From Tubiluchus corallicola (Eukaryota > Animalia > Priapulida), in assembly GCA_030141605.1 (NCBI GenBank), contig JAQGDQ010000970.1:10541-74540 (forward strand): DNA of 64,000 nucleotides, written 5' to 3'. This document shows positions 40,351-64,000 of this stretch, one piece after another. The notes below the pieces were generated by a model, which was not told the DNA's origin, searched no databases, and saw only the letters and a program-made list of their open reading frames with translations. The position numbers and the translations under genes were made by a program. Position 1 is the stretch's first letter, and every line of letters starts with the position of its first letter.

Positions 40351-41771
40351 CACTCAGCTATCGTATGCTCACCCAAATACATCTTATATCTATCTGCGCC
40401 CCCAATAAACAGCCTTATATTTATTTAATTTTGCTAACAAGTAAGAAATTCAGGTAATTGTGCTTTTACTCTAAAAATACAACTCTGTTTCAAACATATA
40501 TGTCTCCAAGACAATGTGTTGTTTTTGTTAATTTTCGGTTAAATATCTAGTTAAGTAATTTGTGTATTGCGTAATTGTGTAATTTGTAATTAATGTTTAG
40601 ACTCTGGATTCGCATTTTATTAATAATTATAATGTACCTTGTATCAATAGTTCCTTGTAGTACTTTCCAGAGTACTTTGAGTCTGACGTAGTTTGTATAT
40701 ATTATATATATCTTTTAGCTTACCTTGAAATTTTATAGGCCCGTGCATATGTAGCTTTAAGATGCTTACGTTTCTATTATTCTTAATTAATTTGCACTGG
40801 ACGCGTTTTGTGTTTAAAGGGGCAAAAGGCGCAATTTTAGAAATGCCTTGTCGTCCTTTCGTTACCGGGCTGAATTTACGCCAAAATTTGAAAGACACAG
40901 GCGGACTTCAGACAACGCAGTACTGCGCACGTGACAGCGTCACTGACAAGGCGGTGTTGGCGGGCCATTTGATTCACTTCTTTATTCAAAAGTCCGTTAC
41001 GCTACTATCGAAACAACGTCGAATGGCAGACACTATCGTATAGGCCCAGCTAGTGCACTGCATACTGTACAGTGTGTACAACTGTCATCGAGTTTAACTA
41101 GTGCAGTAAAGTAATGTTACTTGGCCATGCGTCAAAAAAAGTATGCCTCAAAAAAGTTTCGAAACGAAGTTATATCATTTAGTTATACTCATGTAACTCA
41201 TTTCCATTTTTCTTCTGCGGTAAACTTAATCAGTAATTGTGGAACTTTTTTAAGTCTATTCTTGAAGTTTTGCACCGTTTTCTTCTGCTGCCATGCTGTC
41301 TCTAGAACACTGGTGAAAAACCGCTGCATGGCTATGTATAGAAAAGAGCTTGGCAATTCGTGAAAATTAAACTACTGCTGCAAACCGATGACCCAAAGTT
41401 TGGTGCACTAACATTTTCATAAATCGTAGCCTCGATTATTTGGTTCTACTATTAACTTTTGTAACACTCAATAATACTGATATGCGTCTCACGCATTGTA
41501 ATTGCTCTACTGGCATAAACTTTTTCATTTGTTAACCATTAAATTCTTATTAATAATGGCAAATTGAGTTATTTAGCCGATTAGGGTTATTTGGGTTTTT
41601 AGTTATTTCTTTATTTCTGTTATATCTGTAAACTTTGCCTGAGGTGTAGACGTGTACGTTCTAGATTGTTTGAGGAGACTGGAACAAAGAGTTAAGACAT
41701 GTAGGCAACGTTGGAATAGTATCTTCTAAAGAGAAATCACCCAAGTGTTTTCCTGTTATACAATATAAACC

Positions 41772-52362
<10,591 letters not shown>

Positions 52363-54859
52363 TTTAACAGCACTGTTCGACTGTATATATAATATATAGG
52401 TTGGTATATAAATGCTTCGAAGCTAAAAGCTCCTATGACAGTCAAATTAATGAAAAAGTGCAGATACGTAATTTTTCACAGAAAAATTAATAATTTAAAT
52501 CTAAGATTGTGTATATTGTACTTTTGGCTACATGTTCTTGAAAAGGACATAATGTCGAAATATTGACAGTGTAGAGCAGGCGCTTGGGTGGTCCACTCTG
52601 GACAACCAGTACCTTTATTCCAAAGTATGGCATGGTTACCAAACTAGTGTTACATGTCACCCCTAAAAGTACCAGTAGTTCAAACCTCTAAATTATTCTT
52701 CTACAAATATTTCGGTTCTTATTGGCTAAATCTTTACACCTTTTTACTTTCAACCAATCAGGCTTCATTTTGGCTGTCTCTAACATGTAGGCCCTACACT
52801 AGTTTGAGGAAGGTTATACAGGGAGGGCGAAACCTACTGTACTTTGGAGCTACACTGGTAGTCGGGTCGTGCAGAGTTGGTGGTTCTTGTGCTTGTGTTT
52901 TTCCAAGCCGCTATATGGCATGTTAGGTATCAGTCTCTTCACATTATTTTTTGTTATGCTTTTTTATTTGTCTAAAATCTTGTCACAGTTAGCTTAGGTC
53001 TTCAAATATTTAAATCGCTTTCAAGTTAGTAAGCACCAGTGGTCACTACTTAATTCAGCTGTGTTTAATGTGGTCATGTGGGAAGTCATTAGTCATTATT
53101 AGGCTGCTCCGCCTCCGTACCTGCAGGCCCGAACCACCCCGGTGGCGAGGCGCCACCAGCAGTTCAATATAAACCCACAAAATATTTTACTGCAACAAGC
53201 ACGGTTTATTTATTTATTTAGATGGTATACTTCGAATCAATTTTACCGCCATAATTATATGTGTGCATTTTGACTTTCGTCACAGTTATTGTCGCTTAGT
53301 CACTAAATGGCGGTTTACCTTAGAAGATAACTTCAGTTGGTAAAAATAATTATGTGAATGTCTGCATAAACTTCTATCTTCTACCTCAGTAATTACCGAA
53401 ACTATTAACTACTTTGCAATTTAAATTATATACATGCATCATATATACATACATTACATGTAGTTGTTGCTGCTTCAGCTGTTTCTGTTACCGTTGCTAT
53501 TGCTATTATGTGCTAAATATGTTATAAGCAGCTCTCTCTGTTATAGGCTTACATCAATACCAGCAATAATGATAATGATGTTTGAACAGCAGAAATTTGC
53601 ATCAGACGATAGTTGTATTAAGCCACAAAAGCGGAAATAAAAGCACTGTTAACACATTTTATCTACCTACATGTGGATGAGTTAAATTTTTGATCGGAGG
53701 AGTCAGCAACTTCAAACAAGACAGCCTAGAGTGTGGTGATAGTCTCTATTTCTTTCCATACTTCTGTAACATAAAGATCGCTTTGTTTACTCTACACATA
53801 CACTCAAAAATACAAACTAGAGCTTACATGCAAAGAAAAGTTGAATAAGCGAATAATGGGTACTTAGTAGTTTGAGTTCTTTTACAGACGTTGTTAAAAA
53901 AGGCGTTTTGTATAATTTGGCACACTGCTAGCTGGAATGCAGCACACAGTGGCAGAACCAATTTAATGTCTTTGCGATGGCACACTGAATCAGAACAGAT
54001 ATCATAGCCATGTTGGATGTGAATATACTTTCCCTCGACTTGATAAACAGCCAAACTCAGTATGGCGAATGAAATCTCCCATATCGAGTAATGGACCAGA
54101 TTATCACCCATCCATTTATTGGCCATTCTTGGCTTTGCTTGCTTTCGGTCGCTAAGCACAAACTGTGATCACTCGGCTACTCACACTGCCTGAAAAGCCG
54201 TATTCGGTGATACTTGTACAGCTGAAAATCTTGTACGACATAGTTTTAGATGTTTTAACGCACAAATATGAGGTCTGCTAAAAACATTCGTTTCTCAGTT
54301 GACAAAAAAAAAACAAAATTTTATAGGGTGTAGTATAGTAGCTTAGTGTGAGTAAATACTATCGATAATATACTAAAGTATCGACCTAGCGAAAAGTATG
54401 CATTATTGACTGATAAGAAAGTGTACATGGGGGTTACAAAAAGTTAGTCAGTTTTCATTTGTGACGTTATCATTAAGTCACAGTATTATTATAACCTAAT
54501 TGGGAACATCACTGCTTCGTTGTTCTTGAAAATGGGACACTGAAATTGATCAGTACTTACAAAAACATTTAATATCAGTTACATACCGAATTTCCATTTC
54601 GCTGCTTGATCACATTCATGCGGGTGGGACGAGTTGGTGCGCGATATTTCTACAGTACGTTACGAAAACAGGGGAGGGCCAAACACACAAAGAAAATTAT
54701 ACTCTGCCGCGCAAAAATCGTATAGGACAATATAATATTAGCAAAAGTTTGGGGGACAGTGTGGCCAATCCGTTACTTCTCCTCTATGCGAGCAGTAGTT
54801 GTGATACATTATCACGTTTGTTTGTCATGACATTTAAGCTAGTTGCACATTTCAATAAG

Positions 54860-55200
54860 TTAGGTGACACTGGACGCGTTTTTATGGACCCTAATGGAAA
54901 ATAAAGAAAGGAGGAAAGGAAATTTGTGTCATCTAAAAGGAAAAAACGGTCGGAAAAGATGAGCACGAACATCATTTCTGTGCAAAATCCATTATAGCAA
55001 TGAAGAAAAATGCCACAATCATCATATGTATCTACAAATTCAATATTGCGCAATGGACGCATTTTAAACCCAAACGATTGGGGATGTATTCGCGATAGAG
55101 ATGGATGGACCATTGATCACATGTTACATGCATGGTCAGTTGGTAACTTATACTGAATGATCTTGTAGGTGCTGTCAAAAACGATCCCAGTGGCTCAAAT
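54860..55200 (+). mobile_element. Heavily decayed DNA-transposon coding remnant
   Basis: Across a frameshift it reads H..MYLQIQY...LNPNDWG...CRCCQK, resembling the H-RVYLQVQ-W...LNP-DWGW...C-CK tail recalled from invertebrate transposon proteins. Confidence 0.35.
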
Positions 55201-55924
55201 TGGACAACAACGAAGCAGATATTTGGACGTCTGCAGAGTAATATGATCTTTTGACTCTGTTGCCATCACAAGAAAAAGTGGCCTCATTTCCTTGTTTACA
55301 AAAACAAAGGTTGCCGTGCTCAACCCATCCATCCCGTATCCAGTTGCTATCCCATTGTTCCTACGCCATCCTGAGCAATCTGGTTTCGCCCTTGGCGTTA
55401 CTGATTGCATTCTTGTCTTTAGGATTATAGTCCAGTAGAGAGAAGGATGTTTTGCAAATTTCTGTAGGCAGCTGACCTTGACTTGAAAGGCGAATTTGGT
55501 TTTCTAGACTAGGCTCTTTCTATTAGGCCTGGAGTCCTTCCAGAGCGCTCTCAAAGCACTGTAGTTTGACACCACCTGCAGAGTTTGCCAAAAAAGCCTC
55601 CTCTCAGATCTCCTTGCTACAACATCGAGGGCTCGTCAAGGCTGCATCCAACCTCCTCAATGTAGCTGTTAACTATTCGATGAACATGACACTGACCTGT
55701 TGTCCTGATGTCGGTGCCTATTATGATGTCGCACTCTTTCGTGAACTGATAATTATGCTCCCCGATGTGCTTGAAGTCCTTTCAGTGGAAGCCTGGCCTT
55801 TGGGCCTTACCATCAGCTGTGTCATAACAAAGGTCCAGTTCCTGTCGGATTTCCCTGGAAGTTGTGAGCGATTTTACTGACGTTGGCTGGAAGATCTTCA
55901 CGTCCAAACCTGAGACAGAAGCAC

Positions 55925-55928
55925 TAGT

Positions 55929-55989
<61 letters not shown>

Positions 55990-55990
55990 T
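55925..55990. repeat. (CAG)n microsatellite
   Basis: Directly visible. Confidence 0.95.
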
Positions 55991-56300
55991 AGTAGTAGTA
56001 ATTGGAGCAGCAGCCGCAGTAAAAGGAGTAGTAGTTAGCTAGCAAGGATCACTTTTGGTTGTCTGGTAAAGGTTTGATCGATTGTTTGATCGTCTGAATG
56101 GCCTGACGATCGAACTCCGTCTACTGGACAGCTATGTGATGTCGATTCTGCTATATGACTCAGGCACCGGAAGCTGCTAGTCGCTTATGGGCTATATTTT
56201 GCATCCTCTAGTTTCATTCTATCACAAATGAAGAATTATACTGGAGAACGAGTAGCTACTACTCTTTTTACTGCGGCTGCTGCTCCAATTGCTACTACTA

Positions 56301-56302
<2 letters not shown>

Positions 56303-56343
<41 letters not shown>

Positions 56344-56355
56344 ACTACTACTGCA
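56303..56355. repeat. (CTG)n(CTA)n microsatellite
   Basis: Directly visible. Confidence 0.93.
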
Positions 56356-56969
56356 ATGTGACTACCACTATGCACTACCACTACCACTGTTACAGCGAGT
56401 AGCAGAATTCCATCAAATCATGTTTATATGATGGTATCCACAGAAGTCTTTTATTCTGTTAATAAAATAAAATTAGATAATTGTCCGTTCGTAAAAAAAT
56501 TGTTATGATTTCTTCCTACAAATTCATCAAAAATAACCAAAAATAAATAAAAATTAACAAAATACCGGTAAGCACGACATGAGGCAAATGAACTACCTAC
56601 AACCTTGCGGCTATCGCCGCTATGAGTTATTTAGGTAATGAAGCAATTCTCCGACAAGAGATCAAAGCTTAGCAAGATTATAACGACACCAGCATTTCTA
56701 GAATGTATATAAATATTCGTTCATGCCAGTCTGACCACTGCTACTCAAGCCAGCTCAAGCACCTGACCAACTGAAACCAGGTGAAACCGGTGGCAGCACC
56801 TGGCAAAAACGTCTTAAAAGCACACCTTTTAAGCAGCATTATCTGTACGTTAGAGTAGAGTATGTTGGTAACAATTTTACGATGGCTTTTAGAATAGATC
56901 TTGCAGTACTGTTCACAATCAACATAATTTTATGACTTTAGTATGTTTAATTTTATAATATTATATATC

Positions 56970-56974
<5 letters not shown>

Positions 56975-57030
<56 letters not shown>

Positions 57031-57062
57031 ATTTATAATTTATATATATATGTGTGTGTGTG
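56975..57062. repeat. (TA)n/(TG)n microsatellite
   Basis: Directly visible. Confidence 0.93.
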
Positions 57063-57325
57063 CGTAATTTACAGCAGACTTTTTAATTGTGAAGCGCATC
57101 TAGATCACTTGATGTGATGAACGATATAAATAATAATTTGCAGGAAAAGTTTGCCACATTACTACTACGCACTAATTTGAGTTTCTATCATAACTACACC
57201 AGCACAGTCACCATTGTTTGACATTCTCAGTTCACTTTCTAAATAGGGAACAAAATTTGCTAATTTACTCTATTTGCTAATAAGTATTGTTTGAAAACGT
57301 TGACGATGGTCAAGTCGACCTTGTG

Positions 57326-57584
57326 TCAGTACACAAAGAAAAACTTAAATTGATCAAAGAGAAGATAAACAAGAGAGGATATTTGTCAAGGTCTTCAAAT
57401 ATAGAGTAGGAGAGAACGTGCCACTGACTTTCTGTTGGAACACTAACTGTTCTGATTTGCATACTGTCGGGTGAACATGTAGATGAAGCCGGAATCACCT
57501 TTCCAATAGGCATAATCTCAGAATCATAAATCCGGGCAAAAAGATTATCTTCATCAGTATTTGTGCAGGACAACCTTAGCATAT
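57326..57584 (-). pseudogene. Inverted pseudo-exon copy of the pentraxin A terminal exon
   Basis: 259 nt versus 260 (1-nt deletion, frameshift near DLDK). Also W to R in FAW and loss of two Cys. Acceptor ttttgtttttcag retained; flanks 57165-58305 match 35975-36990 in reverse. Confidence 0.85.
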
Positions 57585-57779
57585 CTGAAAAACAAAACAG
57601 AGTTATGCCTGATGTTAGAGGTCATGAATACTTCAAGTATTCTGATAAATGTGTAATGTGCGGTAATGAGAGTAGGAGTGATATGGCATAGTAATAATTG
57701 GTTATGATAGAGTAATAATAAATAATAATAACGATAGGAAATTATAGAATGACAAACTTGTCTATAGATAAATAACAGT

Positions 57780-57810
57780 GGTAGTAGTATTAGTAGTAGT
57801 AGTAGTAGTG

Positions 57811-57841
<31 letters not shown>

Positions 57842-57857
57842 CAGTAGCAGTAGCAGT

Positions 57858-57909
<52 letters not shown>

Positions 57910-57917
57910 GTAGCAGT

Positions 57918-57985
<68 letters not shown>

Positions 57986-58016
57986 CAGTAGCAGTAGCAG
58001 TAGCAGTAGCAGTAGC

Positions 58017-58100
<84 letters not shown>
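57780..58100. repeat. (TAG)n/(CAG)n trinucleotide tract
   Basis: Directly visible; reverse complement of the CTA/CTG tract upstream of terminal exons. Confidence 0.97.
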
Positions 58101-58467
58101 TCCATACAGCAGTAAAATTAACAACGTTAACATAGTTGCATCATTATGTCTTGCCTCAAGTAATATGTAAGTTAGGGCAAGTTTATATTTTCTTGTAAAA
58201 TTTATCCATTTATGCATATAAACACCAAAACAGGTTTAAGAAAAGCCTGTGCAACTGCTTTCGGTTGACCTCACCTATTATTTTTAAGTTATAACCGTTT
58301 TAGTTTTCTTACTCTGAACATGAATATTTTTATTCAGTGTCATACGTATTTAAATCTAGTTTTTCAACTGTTTTAATTATACTAATTGTTTATATGAATT
58401 TTGTCATTTTTAACCCCATTGAAAAAAGCAATTGAGATTTTCAGATAGTGTGTTTTTACGAATAAAC

Positions 58468-58589
<122 letters not shown>

Positions 58590-59689
58590 GTGTAAAGAGA
58601 AAATTTTTCACAATCGTCTCTCAAAGCCCGTACAAGACTGCAACAACACCACGGTGTGGTCTTGTTTCGTTAATTTGGTGCACGCAGTAATGACGGTAAT
58701 TAATACTATCGTAATAATAGTAAGCACTTAAAAAAATATTACGTCTTCTTCGCTGCCAATGATGAAGTGTAATAACTACAAGCCTGCAATTCGCAAAGGA
58801 GCTGCAGCAGACTGGACGCTCGCAAGAAACTGCACGGTTTCACCGTGAAATATACTTTCTTGCCACACAAGATTTCGAGAAAAAATCGGAAATTTTCTAA
58901 CAGCAATTCCTTGCGTGAGTTTCCATGCGTCCTCACTGTGAAATGGGCTTTACTTGAACATGCAGGACTAGCATGATGTAACTATCTTGACCTCATTGAT
59001 CTCATTGCTATGCGGAAATGTTTACGTATGCCGGCTCGTTACCAATATAAGAGGGCTACTAGGGGGTAGCGACTTTATAAAATATTCTTAATCACGCCTG
59101 CAAGTTCCGCCTACTTTGAATTTATTATAATTCGGAAACACTGAGTTCAGCCAATAACTAGCCACCGATTAATGGAAAGCCAATTTGATAAGCTCCATGA
59201 CGATTAACGGACGTATCGGAATCCAAATACTTTTGATAAACTAACGCGTATTATTGAGCTCTACATTTTCCATCTCGACATGTGCAGAAAAACAATACCT
59301 CAGAGAAACCACTCTCCTCTTTGTTCTTCTCTTGCTGCATGCTCTACGTAAAGATTAAAAGGATATATTTTAATACAAAATATAACATACTCTATGCAAA
59401 ACTAAAGCTCACTCGTGCAGCTGTTATATACTAGCAGACATTGCGAACAAAAACTGCAAAACATGAAAAATGGTAGCACCAATGCAGTTAAAAGACTAGC
59501 AGTCCAAATACAAACGTCGCTTAGTGATATCAGTTCATACAAAAAGGTCAAATTATTTAATCGTGCGAATTTTATACAATTTTTTGTTTGTGTATTTTCT
59601 GGGTTATTTGGTTACTGTTGGGGATGTCAAGCTTTATATAAATTTTTGAAAAGAATGTCTGCCCTTTGAAACACTTTATCATTTGATAT

Positions 59690-62600
59690 GCACCTCGCAT
59701 TTTAAACAGCTGTACTGGCATTTCCTGGTTAATAAATCTTGATTAGAGCCATTAAGGCCACTTGGTTTTTGTAATTTTTCATTTCTGTTGTATCTGTCTA
59801 GTTTGTTTGAGGAGACTCGAACAAAGAGTTAAGACTGTGTAGGCAACGTTGGAATAGTATATTCTAAAGAGAAATCATTCAAGTGTTTTCCTGTTATACA
59901 ATATAAACCATGTTATTAATGTCAACAAGCAAACTGGTAAGTATTTTATACAGCTAGAAGCTTGGTTAATTTTCTCAAGTTAAATTTTTAAGATTGTCTG
60001 ATGTCAGTAACTTTAACGCCATTACACGTCACTGCTTTTGTTTTAGTAATTTCTCTTTGCATGGCAACTGCACTCAGGTTATTAAGCATTTTCACATTAT
60101 GCTTCAACTTCTTTTATTTTAAAAGACGCTCAGTACCGTCACAGACAGAACTCTTTACTATTTTAAGGCAAAATTTGATATACCAAGCATACTTTCAACC
60201 AAAAATTTCACCATGGTTTCAAAATTTCAACTACACACGTTCGACAGCTCAAACGTGAGCCCAGCGGTAAATTTGAAATTTGAATTTTAATCTTAAAACT
60301 TGCCTAGTTTTAGCACAACACACTGAATATCTTACAGTAGCATTGTACTTCAATTTTCGCTTTCGCAAACACGTGCAACACGCTCATGAAACACTTTTGA
60401 TGTTGAACTTGTCAGTTTGTAATGTCATCAATTGTTGGGCTCGCCCGCCGTTAATTAAATTTTTAATCTGTTATTTAATTATCAGAAACGCTTTTGCAGT
60501 TTGCTGAATTTATCGTGTTAAAATGTATACTTTTTACCGGACTTGAAAATAGAGTAGTATTATGAAAAATCATCCTGCCTGCCTTTATGCCAGTTAGAAG
60601 AAACCAATCAGAACCTTTTAGTTACTTTTTTACTTTGCAGTTTTTCATTGCTGGAATTCTTGTTGATATGGCTTTAGCAGACACTGCCTTTCTAGAAAGT
60701 AGGTATATTTTTACTGTTGTTTCTTGAATTCCAACTTCCATTTTATGTTCTACGTTTTGCGCATTTCAATGTAAAGGACAACGGTGCAAATGTGACTGGG
60801 CAATTTAATATGCGAGGAAGGTGAAAACGATGTGGTGAACACTCGTACTTCACTTGGTAGTATCTTCACACGCAACCCTGTTAATACCACTGTCATTAAC
60901 GTCAACAGCAGAAAAGATAGACACAAAAAAGTAAAATGTAATACGGAAAAATCTCCTGCATTAAGCTGGTTATGAATACATTCTGAAATTTTCCTATTTG
61001 TATTCCGCTCTATTTGTATTTGTATTGTGTACAAACATTGTGAGTACACCTAAAATGTATGACAGAGTTTTTGTTGTTTTTGGAGAAAGGTGGCCCAGCC
61101 ATTTGATTCATTACGTAACAAAACGCAATAATTTTCATTCTTCCGTTCTAAATATATCTGCAATATAAGAAAGCCGAATTGTGTTTTCCAACATTCGTAA
61201 CCAAAATACAAAATTTTAATGCCGTATACTAACCCCACTTTTTTAAAACTTTAAGATTTGGTGCAAGATAATATTATAAAAACTTAAAACATTAGAGTGA
61301 TCTACAGCATTAAAATGACAGTAAAACAAATAAGATACAAATATCAGCCAACTGTATTGTACAATACGGGAAATCTTACCTATACGTGAAAGTAAGATTT
61401 CGCGTATTCGAACCGTTTATTGACCAGCCTCGACGTTGCTTGATTTTCATCAAAACACACGCCGTGACCAATTAGCTGTTCACCGTAAATGTTAACAAAA
61501 CTACGCCTAATTGTACATATTGGTTTTCTTGTTGTGAAACTTCTCTATGATACTTTGTAACACTTTTATTTAGGATATCTCAGTCTGCGAGTTGCCGTGT
61601 ATAAGAATCAGATCAGCAACGGAGTTTCAGAGATTAAAGGTAACATCACTTCGCCCACTTGAAACGATAATGATTTTGTGGCTTGCCTTACAAAATTTAG
61701 TTCATAAAAAGAAGCCGTTTTAGCCGTTTAAGAACCAACCTAAACGGAACAGACTGCTATTACTTACCTGCATGCACTATTACAATTTTCAGACAGTCTT
61801 GTCAGTACACGAACTTCGTTACCAAATGGTACCGTGTATTGGCATTTTCCATGATTTAAAAAAATTGAAAAACTAGCTGGCATTCCGAAAATTCCAGAAA
61901 TGTGAGTAGTACCTCAAATTTTATAAAAATCGTGAAACATGCAATGCAATTTTTTCTGTAATATGAAAGAAATGTCAACACTTGACTTAGTTATTCTAGC
62001 ATGCGATCATTTAGATAGACGAATTTTAATTAGTTGATATTTCTCTTTATATTTAGGGAATTTAGAGAACGTTGGGCGTTAAATGGGGTAACATCTTTCT
62101 TTTTTATTTTAATTTTGGGTATTATCACGTTCACACTGTTTATTAGCAGAATTTTTACAAATTGTGTAAAAACACAGTACCTAGATTATTCTAAGGTCTA
62201 AGCAATTTCTTCAAACATTAGGCCTAGGTCCTAGGACTATGCTATCTGTGGCCAAGGCGTAAGTGAGCAGAACTCGGTGTGATGTGAGGTGAAGCGCACT
62301 CGCATACGTACATAAACACGCGTACACATATATATAGTGAACAAGAGGAATAGCAGCGATAACGAAAGCAGCACCAGTGGCACTAATATTTGCAACAAAG
62401 GCACTACAATAGCAATTCCAGCAACTGTGATGATAATTGGCAAGAGCGGCATCTCCAATAATGACAATGGTGACAATAGGAACCATTAACTGCAATAACA
62501 GTGGTGTGGGTAATACCGATAGCAATAACTGCAATAGCAATAACAATGCCAGTCACTGAAATGATGATGGTGGCAATGGCAAAGAGAGCAACTGCAGTGA

Positions 62601-62695
62601 CACTGGCAGTACCAACGCCGGCAACTGCAATAATAGTGGTGGCGATTGCAATGTCATCGGCATCGACAACGGTAACAGCAATGGTATCTTATCAT
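59690..62695 (+). repeat. Segmental duplicate of 41480-45270 (5' part of pentraxin B)
   Basis: Colinear blocks match by eye, e.g. 59800-60217 with 41660-42078, 60590-60760 with 42385-42560, 61060-61850 with 43440-44320, 62500-62690 with 45105-45270. Confidence 0.92.
59910..61639 (+). CDS. Pentraxin paralog gene C, exons 1-3 (3' part not in window)
   Basis: Exons 59910-59936, 60641-60698 and 61574-61639 have the same lengths (27, 58, 66 nt) and phases as gene B. They encode MLLMSTSKLFFIAGILVDMALADTAFLERYLSLRVAVYKNQISNGVSEIK. Confidence 0.78.
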
Positions 62696-63676
62696 TATTC
62701 ATTAATGTTAGACAACAATGAAAATATATCACAAGCAAATAAAAAGATTTGAAACAGATTTGAAATCTTATTTTTGTTGTTTTTTCTTAGATTAATTGCA
62801 TACTGTTGCCGTCATTATCACCATCGTCATTGTCATTAAACTAATCATTATCATAACTAAACAATTCAAATATATTTTTCTAATTAAATTGATTGTCACC
62901 TAGCGTAAAAATACAAAAATCGCAATACATAAAAAGTCGCAAAAATGTTACGTTTAATGCTCAACGTTCCTTAAACGCAACATTAGAATTAAACAAATGC
63001 GTGGGAATATATATAGTCTAATTCGTTTTTATAGAAAAAGGTACATAACGCTTACGTCTACCAGTTGTCAATTAAAATGTTTTACCGCTATCGAAATATG
63101 TAATTTAGATTAATTCATAACTTTGTAACAGGACAACCAATCATAGATAATTATTCACCTTATCACATAGTAAGTGCAGTAAGCACAGAGTACTAATGCT
63201 AGATATATGACGCGCAAATCAGCGCATAACTATAAAAAACTATTGACAAGAAAAAACAACCTAACGAATTAGGCGGATCACATGACGTTTGCTTATAGGA
63301 ATAGCAAGCGTCAAATGGTCACCTGTACAAAGGTGACGGTGGAATTTATAACTTTAAAATGAAGCCCGTATAAATAATAATTCAAGGTTAACCTTATTAA
63401 ACGACTCTAGGTAGATTTGCAAAAGTTGTAGGAACCGGAATAAACTAGTTTGCAATACTGTAAATGAAAGGTCTAACAGCAGAGTAGAACTCAATCACGT
63501 AAATCCGTGACAAATGTCTTGTAAGCACGACTTTAAAAGTGAGAAAGGGTTAGGCAAAACAAGGCAGGGTTTAACATTAGGGTGTGTATAGAGAAGAGCG
63601 AGATTAGAGGTGCAGATTAGTCATGTTAGGTTAAGTAACGTAATATGTACATTATATACCAGAAACCTCGTGAGTT

Positions 63677-64000
<324 letters not shown>

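Noticed and set aside
55195-55920. GC-richer segment with several 70-100 aa ORFs
   Set aside because: All frames are interrupted by stops and no recognisable domain is present; probably a decayed repeat that I cannot classify.
55925-56355. (CAG)n and (CTG)n tracts in inverted orientation about 310 bp apart
   Set aside because: Such tracts are abundant here; no TSD or other evidence of a discrete element or functional hairpin.
57554-58217. Poly-Leu/Ala/Thr/Val ORFs
   Set aside because: Trinucleotide repeat translations.

Overview
AT-rich, intron- and microsatellite-rich eukaryotic DNA, almost certainly an invertebrate animal. No prokaryotic operons or CRISPR arrays are present, and nearly all ORF-track entries are spurious. 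Left end: six coding exons (minus strand, 349-6029) of a SLC7A14-like cationic amino acid transporter that continues off the left edge. Right two-thirds: a plus-strand tandem cluster of divergent secreted pentraxin-domain genes. Gene A (23921-36835) has no identifiable 5' exons and ends in two intact tandem copies of its terminal exon. Gene B (41772-52362) is a complete 8-exon gene giving 338 aa by manual splicing. An inverted, frameshifted third copy of the gene A terminal exon lies at 57326-57584. Gene C (59910-61639) contributes three N-terminal exons paralogous to B. These pentraxins carry an atypical C-terminal Cys-plus-helical extension and altered calcium-site motifs, and exon 3 of B vs C appears to diverge faster than its flanking introns. 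The remainder is MITEs, tRNA-derived SINE remnants, LINE 3' remnants and simple repeats. All exon boundaries were placed by hand from GT-AG sites and phase compatibility; no database searches were run.
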